Shown in pieces: positions 7,435 through 15,878 of a DNA stretch of 25,629 nt; within the stretch, counting starts at the first letter, position 1, and every line of letters starts with the position of its first letter. The DNA is from a virus (taxonomy: Duplodnaviria; Caudoviricetes). The stretch spans positions 1-25,629 of the IMG/VR virus record IMGVR_UViG_3300032303_000721, one strand, 5' to 3'. The notes beneath the pieces are model-generated. The model ran no database searches. It was not told the origin of the DNA and was given only the letters and a program-made list of their open reading frames with translations. A program made the translations under genes and the position numbers.

Positions 7435-9683
7435 TTTGCTAACTTAATGCTTTGGTATTCAGCCATTAACTTTGCACCAAGTGCTTCAAGTGGGTGAGAC
7501 TCTTCAACCCGGTTGGCCTTGGGTGTTTTTGGATTAGCGGCCCGGTTGGCTGTCGCAGGGTCTTGATCTTTTTGCTTGTTCAAGTCATCTGTGGTGTCAG
7601 CATAGCCAACTGTTTCTGCACGGTGCATGCCTCGAACATCAGGGCGAGGAGTATTTAATACTTCTTCAGGTTTGTCAATGTCGGTGACGCCGTACTCTTT
7701 GGCTTCCATTGGCTGTGCTGTAACAACTACTTCAGCCTGTTGTCCACCCATGCCGGCCATCTTTAAGATTTGCATCAGTTGGTCGGCGGCTTCGCCATCA
7801 GCACTGATATTGATGTTCTTGGTACCATCACTGCTTTGTGTTGTATTGATGCTCATCTTGCCTTGTTGCTGTTGCATGTCTTGTGCCATACTACCAATTG
7901 GGCTCACAATTCCGCAGTTCTCTTTGAGTTTGGCCAACTCGCGGTCTGCGGCCTCTGTATCTTCGCAAGCACATGGCTCACTCTTACAAGTTGGGCAGGC
8001 TTCGCCTTCGCCGATGTCTTTGGTTTTAATAGCATCGGTGCCAGGAATCTTTTCGCCAACTTTAACATCATTGTCTTCGAGTCCCTTGGTAAACAAGTTG
8101 CCTTCTTCCATGTCATCTTCATTGAAGCCTACTTGTGATATGTTATAATATGGTTCATCACTGGGGTTTGGTACATTATCATTGATCCATGCTTGTGCTT
8201 CTTGTTGACTTGCAAAAGGTCCAGCAACTCGGTCTGGATCACCAGTTCTCATTTCATGATTAACATAAAAACCACTAGCTTCGGCGCCTTCGCCCATTTC
8301 GTCATCATACCCGTGTGGATCTTCGTTGGCACCATCATAGTCGCTACCATAGTTACGATAGTTGTCTTCGTCATTGCCATCATCGTCATTGCCGGATTCG
8401 TCAACTTCGTGATTGCCGCCCATGGCATCTTTGCCCAAGCGACCTGCTATGACATCACCTTGTGTTACTTTTTTATATGGTAGAGCATTGTTGGCCAAGT
8501 TGCCATCGTTGGCTTCTTTAACTGTGAGGCCTGCTAGACGGGCTAGTTCGTTTAGTTCTGCGGCTTCTTGCATACCCATCTTGTGGCGCAGGTCTGCTTT
8601 CATGTCTTCATCGCTACCATGGCCCAATGTGTCTAATACTTTGCCGCCAAAACGCTTGGCACGATCCATCATGCTAGGCGCCTGTGCGGGTGCCAATGGC
8701 ATGGGGAAATTATCATTGTCCATTGGATTTTCTGTTGCATCATTCAACTGTGATTTGCCGTAACTGTGTACTTCCATGCAGTCACGCAGTAGTTCACTGC
8801 AATGTCCTGTTTCTTTAAATGCTTGGATGTCCGATTGTAGTTCAGCCAACATCTCTTGTAGTGTCATGTCTTTCTTCTTGATCATCTCAGTGAAGTTGAC
8901 ACCTTCTACCAACAACTTGGCCAGGCGCTGACTGCTTTCCATTGTCTTGGAACGAAGTACGCCTGCACCTTTGGCCTGCTTTTTAAAACTGGCAAATGGG
9001 GTTGATACTGCTTCTGGCAAGTTTGGCTCTGGATGCTTGCCAAGACTGTGTTTAATTCTTGTTTTAAGCAAGTTCTGACCGTGTGGTGCTTCAGGATGAT
9101 CTGTTGTCATGTTTGGCAAATCACGATCTGACAATTTATCTGCAGGAGTATAGCCGTGCTGTTGAGCTCCTTTGGTAGCTAACCAATGGCCTCTGCGTTT
9201 GTGCAGGGCCAATCCTTTGCTTTCGTCCATGTCAGCTTCGTTGGTGTCTTGTGTTGCCTTGCCTTTGACCACTGTGCCTTTTTTACCTTTAGGAGCTTTG
9301 TCAGGCACACGACCAAATGGGTCATTGCCAATTTTGGCAGGAGCACTGGCCGCCGGGTCTTTCTTGGGACGACCTTTAGGACCTTTAACTCGAACAACTT
9401 TTTCTTTACGAGCTGTGCCTTTGGCAGGACGGCCACGCTTGGGTGCATCTTCGTCATCGGGATCACCTTGGTACTCAGTACCATATGTACCTTTGTGTAC
9501 ATAAGATGCTTCTTTCATTGCAGTAAATTGCTCACGCAATCTTTGCTCAACGTCTTTAACGCCGGCAACAATAGATCCTCGTGCTTCTACGCTTTCATAG
9601 ACTGGCTTAGCAGGAGCGGTCTCCAGCTGTTGCTGTGGTGTTACTTTTTTCAGGCTCTCTAAGATTGTGTACATGTTACTCAT
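7431..9683 (-). CDS. Large low-complexity protein (750 aa) with AT-hook-like motifs; candidate prohead core/internal protein
   Basis: PKRGRPAK and KGRPKK in a Lys-rich region, long acidic tracts, CPTC-x4-CAC, and an ELARLAGL motif. Confidence 0.75.
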   Translation of the reverse strand: MSNMYTILESLKKVTPQQQLETAPAKPVYESVEARGSIVAGVKDVEQRLREQFTAMKEASYVHKGTYGTEYQGDPDDEDAPKRGRPAKGTARKEKVVRVKGPKGRPKKDPAASAPAKIGNDPFGRVPDKAPKGKKGTVVKGKATQDTNEADMDESKGLALHKRRGHWLATKGAQQHGYTPADKLSDRDLPNMTTDHPEAPHGQNLLKTRIKHSLGKHPEPNLPEAVSTPFASFKKQAKGAGVLRSKTMESSQRLAKLLVEGVNFTEMIKKKDMTLQEMLAELQSDIQAFKETGHCSELLRDCMEVHSYGKSQLNDATENPMDNDNFPMPLAPAQAPSMMDRAKRFGGKVLDTLGHGSDEDMKADLRHKMGMQEAAELNELARLAGLTVKEANDGNLANNALPYKKVTQGDVIAGRLGKDAMGGNHEVDESGNDDDGNDEDNYRNYGSDYDGANEDPHGYDDEMGEGAEASGFYVNHEMRTGDPDRVAGPFASQQEAQAWINDNVPNPSDEPYYNISQVGFNEDDMEEGNLFTKGLEDNDVKVGEKIPGTDAIKTKDIGEGEACPTCKSEPCACEDTEAADRELAKLKENCGIVSPIGSMAQDMQQQQGKMSINTTQSSDGTKNINISADGEAADQLMQILKMAGMGGQQAEVVVTAQPMEAKEYGVTDIDKPEEVLNTPRPDVRGMHRAETVGYADTTDDLNKQKDQDPATANRAANPKTPKANRVEESHPLEALGAKLMAEYQSIKLAK

Positions 9684-9685
9684 AA

Positions 9686-10285
9686 TTATTTTCCTCGGGG
9701 ACGTTGTAGGGTGTTCTTGGTACTGCCAATGGGACTATTGTTTTGTTGTGGAGCATCGTTGGTAGTTTTACCTGTGGCATACTCGTTCTCTGTACCTTGT
9801 ATTTCATGCTTGCGTGTGTTGGCGCTTAGTTCTTTGATCAAACTAGACAGACGTTTGTCACCAACTGCTTCTTGTGCGCTTGGGCCACCAAGATCTTCTT
9901 TGGTCAGCAACGGACTTTCTTCTTCGTTGCTTTCAACATGTCCCCAGGCTAGTTGTTCATTCAATGCATCTGACATTGTTTTAACGTCGACCCAACTGGC
10001 ATTAACTCCGGCACGCTCGCCTATTAACTGACGAATTTGTCCCGGAATAGTTGGATACTTCAATCCAATGTCCAACATGTAGCAATCACATGCTCCTTCT
10101 TTGGCAAATTCCCAATGCTCGGTGACTGGTAGTCTTTTTACAGCACTGATAGTTTCAACTTGGAAACAGTCTAATGCGTTTTTAATACGATCTAGCACTT
10201 CGCCCTTGGGCTCTACGTGTGCCATTTTGATACGAAACTCGTAAATTTTATGAGTTTCGTGAAAATATGCTGATAAATTTTTCAT
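9686..10285 (-). CDS. Hypothetical phage protein (199 aa)
   Basis: ORF preceded by ATAAATA (10308-10314) and a CAGGA SD; ends 2 nt from the next start. Confidence 0.78.
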   Translation of the reverse strand: MKNLSAYFHETHKIYEFRIKMAHVEPKGEVLDRIKNALDCFQVETISAVKRLPVTEHWEFAKEGACDCYMLDIGLKYPTIPGQIRQLIGERAGVNASWVDVKTMSDALNEQLAWGHVESNEEESPLLTKEDLGGPSAQEAVGDKRLSSLIKELSANTRKHEIQGTENEYATGKTTNDAPQQNNSPIGSTKNTLQRPRGK

Positions 10286-10307
10286 GGTGGAATAGTCCTG
10301 TATTCTA

Positions 10308-10314
10308 TATTTAT
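10308..10314 (-). promoter_or_regulatory. Late promoter box ATAAATA heading the 10285-6617 gene run
   Basis: Intergenic, minus strand ggacATAAATAtag. Confidence 0.65.
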
Positions 10315-10320
10315 GTCCGA

Positions 10321-10839
10321 TTACTTCTTTTCTTCTGCGCGATTCTTGCCCAAGATTTGATCTAGTAGTGCATTACGATCCAGTACCATGCCTCGGCCAT
10401 CCACAGGTTCGTCTTCTTCTCGGTTGTTGTCCTTGGCTATTTGATGATCTAGTTTGGCCTTGTTTAACTGTAACTGTATCATCTTGAGCTTTTTGTCCAT
10501 TTTGGCTGTCTTGGCTGTGATGCTGTGCCCTAACAACATACCTGCCGTTTGTAATATAACTCCAGCAAAACGCGGGTCAACATTCATGCCCAAATCTATT
10601 AGATCTTCTGCTTTGCTTTTGGCCAATAGGGCCAATTCATCGAGCTCGCTGTCCGCAGTATCCAAATCCCTAACATAGGGCAAGGCCGCATCAATTTTAT
10701 CTATGGCCGCATCAACGTCGGTTATCATGTCTCTATTTTGTGCAATTACCGTTCTGATATCATCGGTGGTTGTGCCACCAGCTTCATCTGTTGTAGCACT
10801 AGATGGCAAGTTGAAAGTTTCTTCAAGTTTTTTAGTCAT
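10321..10839 (-). CDS. Helical phage protein, possibly the terminase small subunit (gp16-like)
   Basis: 172 aa with a helix-turn (NVDPRF)-helix/coiled-coil layout like T4-type small terminases; late box 4 nt upstream; lies upstream of gp17 on the same strand. The functional call is tentative. Confidence 0.45.
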   Translation of the reverse strand: MTKKLEETFNLPSSATTDEAGGTTTDDIRTVIAQNRDMITDVDAAIDKIDAALPYVRDLDTADSELDELALLAKSKAEDLIDLGMNVDPRFAGVILQTAGMLLGHSITAKTAKMDKKLKMIQLQLNKAKLDHQIAKDNNREEDEPVDGRGMVLDRNALLDQILGKNRAEEKK

Positions 10840-10843
10840 ATGG

Positions 10844-10850
10844 TATTTAT
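10844..10850 (-). promoter_or_regulatory. Late promoter box ATAAATA, 4 nt before ATG 10839
   Basis: Minus strand ATAAATA ccat ATG; overlaps the upstream stop codon. Confidence 0.65.
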
Positions 10851-11656
10851 GGGATAATTTTTGGTACAGGTTTATCCCTAAACCAGTCGCAGATTGCTGT
10901 GACTACTTCTTGTTGCCTTTTACGAAAAAAATGACCATCGTCTTCGCTAACATTGTTTGTTACCAATAACGACTCTGTCTTGCTCATTTGATCTTGAGCT
11001 TTTTCCCAAACTTCTTTTTCATGCTGAATTATCAATACTGGTGTTTTGCTGTTGGTTACGTCATACTCATCCAGGCGCTGTCCCTGGTGAAACATGTCAA
11101 GGTTGTTTAGTACGTGCCAGCAACCTGATGCCATTGCTATTTTATGTAATCGGGAATCCACTAGACTTATGTTTACAGCATCGCCCACTCCGTAACTGAT
11201 ACCAAACCAAGTTAATTTTGCATCAGGGAATTTATTCGCTAGTAAATCAATTGCCTGTAGAGATTCTCGCCTGCGATCTGCTGACATCCTGTAAAAGCTA
11301 CTTACCCATCCAATGCCGTTTGCAGTAAAATAATCAGGTACATCGAGTATTGTAACGGCAACATTGTTATCAAGCCAATGGTGTATCCATTCCCACGTAA
11401 ATTGTTGATAAGGCGGAAATGTTTTATCCATGATAGTCCCATCCTCTTGATAGTAAAAATGATGGGGTGTTAGGCCACCATAAGTGTACACAACAACTAC
11501 ATCGGGTGTGGTTGTTTTACTTAATGTGCAAATAGCTGTTTTGTGATTTGGATACTCTAAAAATGCTAGTTCTGCAATGGCTAAATTTGATAAAGCTCTA
11601 CCGCGCTGTTTGTGATACACTCGGTTGAGTAGCTCTTGTCGGTCTGGATAGGGCAT
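10847..11656 (-). CDS. Alpha/beta-hydrolase fold protein
   Basis: Nucleophile elbow WFGISYG (GxSxG), TPVLIIQH strand and a C-terminal catalytic-His region DGHFF. Confidence 0.7.
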   Translation of the reverse strand: MPYPDRQELLNRVYHKQRGRALSNLAIAELAFLEYPNHKTAICTLSKTTTPDVVVVYTYGGLTPHHFYYQEDGTIMDKTFPPYQQFTWEWIHHWLDNNVAVTILDVPDYFTANGIGWVSSFYRMSADRRRESLQAIDLLANKFPDAKLTWFGISYGVGDAVNISLVDSRLHKIAMASGCWHVLNNLDMFHQGQRLDEYDVTNSKTPVLIIQHEKEVWEKAQDQMSKTESLLVTNNVSEDDGHFFRKRQQEVVTAICDWFRDKPVPKIIP

Positions 11657-11660
11657 AGAG

Positions 11661-11667
11661 TATTTAA
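11661..11667 (-). promoter_or_regulatory. Late promoter variant TTAAATA, 4 nt before ATG 11656
   Basis: Minus strand gTTAAATA ctct ATG, directly after a terminator. Confidence 0.55.
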
Positions 11668-11672
11668 CATAG

Positions 11673-11695
11673 AAAAAGGACCTTACGGTCCTTTT
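11673..11695 (-). terminator. Rho-independent terminator after the tctC-like gene
   Basis: AAAAGGACC-GTAA-GGTCCTTTTT: perfect stem, GNRA loop, U tract. Confidence 0.88.
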
Positions 11696-11696
11696 A

Positions 11697-12605
11697 TTAG
11701 TTAAGTTTAACGCCTGTGGTTAGTCGTTTCCACTTTTGATGCTGTTCATTGTACCAGGGATCTAGTTCTGTGTCTTTTAGTACCAGGGGCTCGCACATGT
11801 CTGCTTTGTAGCTATCTAGCACAGTTTTGGCCTGTACTGCTCGTGTTAGTATGGCTCGCCACTCTTTAAATTTGGCATCTGGTGTTGTAACCGGCACTAC
11901 CATATGGTGCGGAATATCTAGAGATTTGGTAACTGGACTGAAACCCATTCCGGCTATGGGTTTGTATCCCAACATGGGCTTGGCACCTGTGATGCCCAAC
12001 ACATGTGTCTGTACTTTTCTACCTGGATCGCTGGCCCAGGTGTGGTGGTCGGTTAAGAACCCAAGACTAAAGTCCAACGATCCACTGATCAGGCCCATAA
12101 ATGCTTCTGATGTGCTTTTGAACGGCACTGCCTGTGCATTTGGATACTTGTCAACAATCTGCAAGCTGATCAGATGTGTGGTAACACCAAGGCCACTGAC
12201 ACCAATGTTTAGGGGTCGATCTTTGGGTACTTCGTCCCAAGACTTGTACTTGACCGAACTAATGGCCACCGGACTGGTACAAAACGGCATAAACTCACGG
12301 AAGTCTCGTACATCATAACTTTCGTTGGGGTAAAACTCTGGACGAATCCAAAATGCACTACTTGTAAACAAAATAGTGTTGGGGTTTGTTTTTACAAAGT
12401 TTGCCGCAATAGCATTGCCTGCACCGGGCTTGGTGTCAAACATAAAATTGTATTTGGTTTGAATGCGATTTGCTTCCTGTACTAGGGTACGGCCATAATT
12501 GGCAATACTGTCAGCAGGACTGAATGCATAATAAATGGTTACATTTTCTTGGGCCATGACTGCAAAAGACAAGGCCATAGCTATGGTTGCTAGTAGCTTT
12601 TTCAT
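11697..12605 (-). CDS. tctC: Tripartite tricarboxylate transporter substrate-binding protein (TctC/Bug family) with signal peptide
   Basis: Signal peptide MKKLLATIAMALSFAVMA; family motifs KPGAGNAIAANFV, GVSGLGVTTHL, VPFKSTSEAFMGLISGSLD; GAGGA SD before ATG 12605. Confidence 0.82.
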   Translation of the reverse strand: MKKLLATIAMALSFAVMAQENVTIYYAFSPADSIANYGRTLVQEANRIQTKYNFMFDTKPGAGNAIAANFVKTNPNTILFTSSAFWIRPEFYPNESYDVRDFREFMPFCTSPVAISSVKYKSWDEVPKDRPLNIGVSGLGVTTHLISLQIVDKYPNAQAVPFKSTSEAFMGLISGSLDFSLGFLTDHHTWASDPGRKVQTHVLGITGAKPMLGYKPIAGMGFSPVTKSLDIPHHMVVPVTTPDAKFKEWRAILTRAVQAKTVLDSYKADMCEPLVLKDTELDPWYNEQHQKWKRLTTGVKLN

Positions 12606-12651
12606 AATTTCCTCTGTGTTTGTGTCCACTCACGGGACTAGTTGATAAAAA

Positions 12652-12658
12652 TATTTAT
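12652..12658 (-). promoter_or_regulatory. Late promoter box ATAAATA upstream of the tctC-like gene
   Basis: Overlaps the gp4 stop codon (AGA TAA ATA). Confidence 0.55.
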
Positions 12659-13089
12659 CTTTTCTTGCCTTGGTGAAAGATTTGATCTTCCGTTATTACA
12701 CGAAATGCCAGGCCTTGATTCTTACACCAGGCACGAGCGGCTTCCCATTTGGCCATGTTGAGTATTGCGGCGGCTTGTGATCTGGCATTGGTATTGCCTT
12801 CTAACGTGGTTTCTTTTTTTGGTTTGACTTCGATCACTTCGGCATGTTGCTTGCCTTGGGCATCATTGTAAACAATCAAAAAATCTGGCACATAAATTGT
12901 ATTTTTGCCTGTCAACGGATTACGATAGGCAACATGGATGGCTTCACTGGCCCATTGCAGTATACTGGGGTTGTTGTCGCAGAACTGCATGAATGTCCAT
13001 TCCCACCCCGATCGGTAAGTTGGCGTTTTATTGCCCACATACTTGGCAGGATTTTGTAATTGATATTTGCCTTGTGCGTACTTGCTCAT
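12655..13089 (-). CDS. gp4: Head completion nuclease, T4 gp4-like (TnsA-type PD-(D/E)xK)
   Basis: YRSGWE..FM.FCD.NPSILQWASE, YVPDF, IEVKP, N.AKWEAA..WC, FRVITE. Confidence 0.9.
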   Translation of the reverse strand: MSKYAQGKYQLQNPAKYVGNKTPTYRSGWEWTFMQFCDNNPSILQWASEAIHVAYRNPLTGKNTIYVPDFLIVYNDAQGKQHAEVIEVKPKKETTLEGNTNARSQAAAILNMAKWEAARAWCKNQGLAFRVITEDQIFHQGKKR

Positions 13090-13490
13090 GCTATGATTGT
13101 TCTAGCAACATATTTGTTTTTAACTGGATTATTCTGCACACCAATTAAACTTGTACCAATTCTGCTGAGATTTAGAAAATAGCTTATATACGGAGTTAGT
13201 TGTTTTTGATTTAATTTTTTAAATTCATCTAGCACGGCCATAACATCCATGTTCTGCACACGGGCTGTGTATATCACCGCACTACTCAATGCTAGGGCGC
13301 TGTCTTTGTTGGCAGTGACTTTTTCAAAATAACTAACTACAGCATCATCTTTGGCTGTGCTAATACTAATGGTATTGTCAAAGTAATTGTTAAAAAACTT
13401 AGATCCATCGCCATTGATGTTGTTTAAATTAACCGCACCAAGATTACTGGGATTGTTTTTTAATTGTTCAAATGTATTAATAACTGACAT
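13086..13490 (-). CDS. Hypothetical phage protein (134 aa)
   Basis: AAGGA SD upstream; ATGA-coupled to gp4. Confidence 0.75.
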   Translation of the reverse strand: MSVINTFEQLKNNPSNLGAVNLNNINGDGSKFFNNYFDNTISISTAKDDAVVSYFEKVTANKDSALALSSAVIYTARVQNMDVMAVLDEFKKLNQKQLTPYISYFLNLSRIGTSLIGVQNNPVKNKYVARTIIA

Positions 13491-13499
13491 TGGTTGTCC

Positions 13500-15092
13500 T
13501 TAGGGATCTGGATACGGATTAGATTGGTTACTTGACGCATTAGGATTGTCAACGGCATTTTGTTGTGGAGTTGTATACACAGTACCATCGGCACCCACAA
13601 CAGTTGTACTGCCATCGGGATTGTATGTGGTAGTTTCACCAGTTTCATCATTGAATGTAGTTTCAGAATCTGGGCTACCAGCGCCGCCTTCTTCGGGACT
13701 ATTACCACTTGGATCTTGTGCTCGTTGTAACTCAGCAAGTTTGTACTGATTGTCAAGTACTGCCGATGTTAGTCCATCAATATTATCTTTGATGTCTTGT
13801 TCGTCTGACTGTAGTTGACTTAACTCAGCTTTGTTGTCTAGAATAATTTGCTCTAAGGCCGCAATATCTTCTTCACTCAAGTTGGGATCGTATTCAAGAT
13901 TATATGTGTCAGCTTCAATTTGGGCTTCAAGTCTTGCTTGTGATGATTGATTATCTGCCAAGTCTTGATTTGCTTGATCGATTGCCTCTTCGTCTGCTGA
14001 TATCTGTGCCGACACCTGATCAATTTCAGCCTGTTGGTCTGTACTTGCACCAGCTGGATCGCTTGGTAATCCATCACCATAATCCATTGCGGCGCCATCA
14101 ATCTTTTGACCATTACTAAACACTTTGCCTAGTTTGTCTTTGCCTTTACTTAATAAATCTTTGGCACTACCAGCAATGGCAGATATACCGCCTGCACCAA
14201 CCAGCATGCCAACACCTTTGTCTATTCCGCCTGCAAGTAATCCACTACCAATTGTGCTTAAAGCTCCTCCTAATATAGCACCACCATTGAGATTCTTAAG
14301 ATTGTTAAGTATGCCCGGTAAGCCAGTTAGCCCTTCGCTAAGATCATGTACTGTTCTATCAGTTATGTTGGTTGTGCCCAGTTCACTAGGACGAGTATCG
14401 TATTGCAACATAGCAAAACCCGACACCGTATCTTCGCTAACTTGTCCATAAGCATACTTGACTGCTTGAAATTGCACAGTCATTGTGTTTTCTAATGTAC
14501 CGGCTTCGCCGCCTTGTGCATGTTCGCCATGTTGAAATTGTGTAATTGTGGGATTAATTAATGTGTACTCAGCAAATTTTTTGTTGTGTAAACTGTAAAT
14601 TCTAATGGCATTTAAAAATTGTTGTGTGCCGGGACTACTGGCAGGATATTGTCTAGGTGTGTAACCCCAAATTTGGTTTTGTCTTTCGCTGTACTTGGTT
14701 GGAGCTGAATAAATGCTTTCATTCCAATCGCTGTCTCTATAATAGTAACTGTAGTAGTCATACCAAAAATTTCTAACTACATCCAAGTTGTCATCATGAA
14801 ATTTAATACTTACTGAATCATATTTGACTTTTGTTTGCACAATATCAACACGGTTGTATGCATTCAGTGTTTTTGTTTCAACTGTGAACTTTGGCAAGCT
14901 GGCACTTTTAACAACCAGGCCCATTCGTAATTTATCATCATTGGAAACTCTTGCAATTTCAGGATTCAAATCAAATGCCACATGGAATAGCCAACCGTAC
15001 TTGGGACTCAATCCAAAGTTGTTGTCAACAAAGATTCTGGCCGCATGTGTGCGATCAAACATGAAATTTTTATTAGTAGATTGTACCGGCAT
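13500..15092 (-). CDS. Tail-tube-fold protein (gp19/gp54-like baseplate-tube junction) with a long acidic coiled-coil extension
   Basis: The N-terminal half resembles tube proteins (VKSASLPKFTV...KVKYDSVSIKFHDD...FWYDY...TMTVQF). Start moved to ATG 15092, 5 nt after ATAAATA. Confidence 0.65.
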   Translation of the reverse strand: MPVQSTNKNFMFDRTHAARIFVDNNFGLSPKYGWLFHVAFDLNPEIARVSNDDKLRMGLVVKSASLPKFTVETKTLNAYNRVDIVQTKVKYDSVSIKFHDDNLDVVRNFWYDYYSYYYRDSDWNESIYSAPTKYSERQNQIWGYTPRQYPASSPGTQQFLNAIRIYSLHNKKFAEYTLINPTITQFQHGEHAQGGEAGTLENTMTVQFQAVKYAYGQVSEDTVSGFAMLQYDTRPSELGTTNITDRTVHDLSEGLTGLPGILNNLKNLNGGAILGGALSTIGSGLLAGGIDKGVGMLVGAGGISAIAGSAKDLLSKGKDKLGKVFSNGQKIDGAAMDYGDGLPSDPAGASTDQQAEIDQVSAQISADEEAIDQANQDLADNQSSQARLEAQIEADTYNLEYDPNLSEEDIAALEQIILDNKAELSQLQSDEQDIKDNIDGLTSAVLDNQYKLAELQRAQDPSGNSPEEGGAGSPDSETTFNDETGETTTYNPDGSTTVVGADGTVYTTPQQNAVDNPNASSNQSNPYPDP

Positions 15093-15097
15093 ATAGT

Positions 15098-15104
15098 TAT
15101 TTAT
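15098..15104 (-). promoter_or_regulatory. Late promoter box ATAAATA, 5 nt before ATG 15092
   Basis: Minus strand ccATAAATA actat ATG, just after a terminator. Confidence 0.65.
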
Positions 15105-15111
15105 GGTCAAG

Positions 15112-15136
15112 AAAAAGCCCGGAATAAACCGGGCTT
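15112..15136 (-). terminator. Rho-independent terminator after the tail tube gene
   Basis: AAGCCCGG-TTTATT-CCGGGCTTTTT. Confidence 0.85.
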
Positions 15137-15151
15137 GTTGTGCTTATATTA

Positions 15152-15796
15152 TTAAGCTGTTTGGTATGTCAGTGTATTAACACCAGCAGTGGCTCTAACT
15201 TGCTTGCCAGACTCTGGATCAGCATCACCACCTGTTGGATGTAACACAGCGTTATCGAAACGGATTGTCAATGCAATCATGGCAGCTTCACTTGTGCCGT
15301 AGTTCATGTCGCCCCAGTCGGCTTGACTGATTTGGCAACCTGTCATTTCCCACTTTTCTAATACTGTTGGTGCTGATTTGCCGTTGCCACCATCAAGTAC
15401 TTCGTATACTAGATCAAACTTGTAGTTACCGCCGGAAGCCGCACTAGACTGCTCCAAGAAATCAAACTGCTTTTGAATCTGTTGACTAACCAATGTACCC
15501 ACGTGTCCACCCATGTCGTCACGCAAATTAACTGTGGTTTCTGCCCACTCTGGTTTGCCTTGCATGTAGATCTTACTGTTGTAAATATCCAGTGCAAACG
15601 GATTAAAGTTAACGCTTGGACGCTTGATATCAACAACTTGTTTTGTTAATTCTTGAGCGTTTGATGCGCCTGTACCTGTGCCGCCAAAGTTTAAAAAAGT
15701 AGCGCGAAAGCGATACTTTAGTTTTGGCATTAACAGACCTTGATTGTTACCATCAAAAGGTACTGTAAATTTGTTTAATGACGCTACGGTTGACAT
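15152..15796 (-). CDS. gp19: Tail tube protein, gp19-like
   Basis: Directly downstream of the sheath; motifs PKLKYRFR, IKRPSV, GKPEW..TTVNLRDD, EKWEMTGC, IALTIRFDNA; strong AGGAG SD. Confidence 0.85.
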   Translation of the reverse strand: MSTVASLNKFTVPFDGNNQGLLMPKLKYRFRATFLNFGGTGTGASNAQELTKQVVDIKRPSVNFNPFALDIYNSKIYMQGKPEWAETTVNLRDDMGGHVGTLVSQQIQKQFDFLEQSSAASGGNYKFDLVYEVLDGGNGKSAPTVLEKWEMTGCQISQADWGDMNYGTSEAAMIALTIRFDNAVLHPTGGDADPESGKQVRATAGVNTLTYQTA

Positions 15797-15819
15797 CTTA
15801 TATATTCTCCTATTACACT

Positions 15820-15826
15820 TATTTAC
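15820..15826 (-). promoter_or_regulatory. Late promoter variant GTAAATA for the tail tube gene
   Basis: Intergenic TAAATA about 24 nt upstream of the ATG, followed by an SD. Confidence 0.55.
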
Positions 15827-15841
15827 CTATATTCTTACTCA

Positions 15842-15869
15842 ATGATGCTGGGGTTGCCCCCAGCATTAT
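15842..15869 (-). other. Strong GNRA-capped hairpin between sheath and tube genes (terminator or RNA-stability element)
   Basis: Minus strand ATAATGCTGGGG-GCAA-CCCCAGCATCAT; no clear U tract. Confidence 0.65.
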
Positions 15870-15878
15870 CTACGTAGT

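Noticed and set aside
12655-13089. TnsA-like nuclease as evidence of a Tn7-type transposon
   Set aside because: The motifs and context fit T4 gp4 head completion protein; there is no tnsB/tnsC or terminal repeats.
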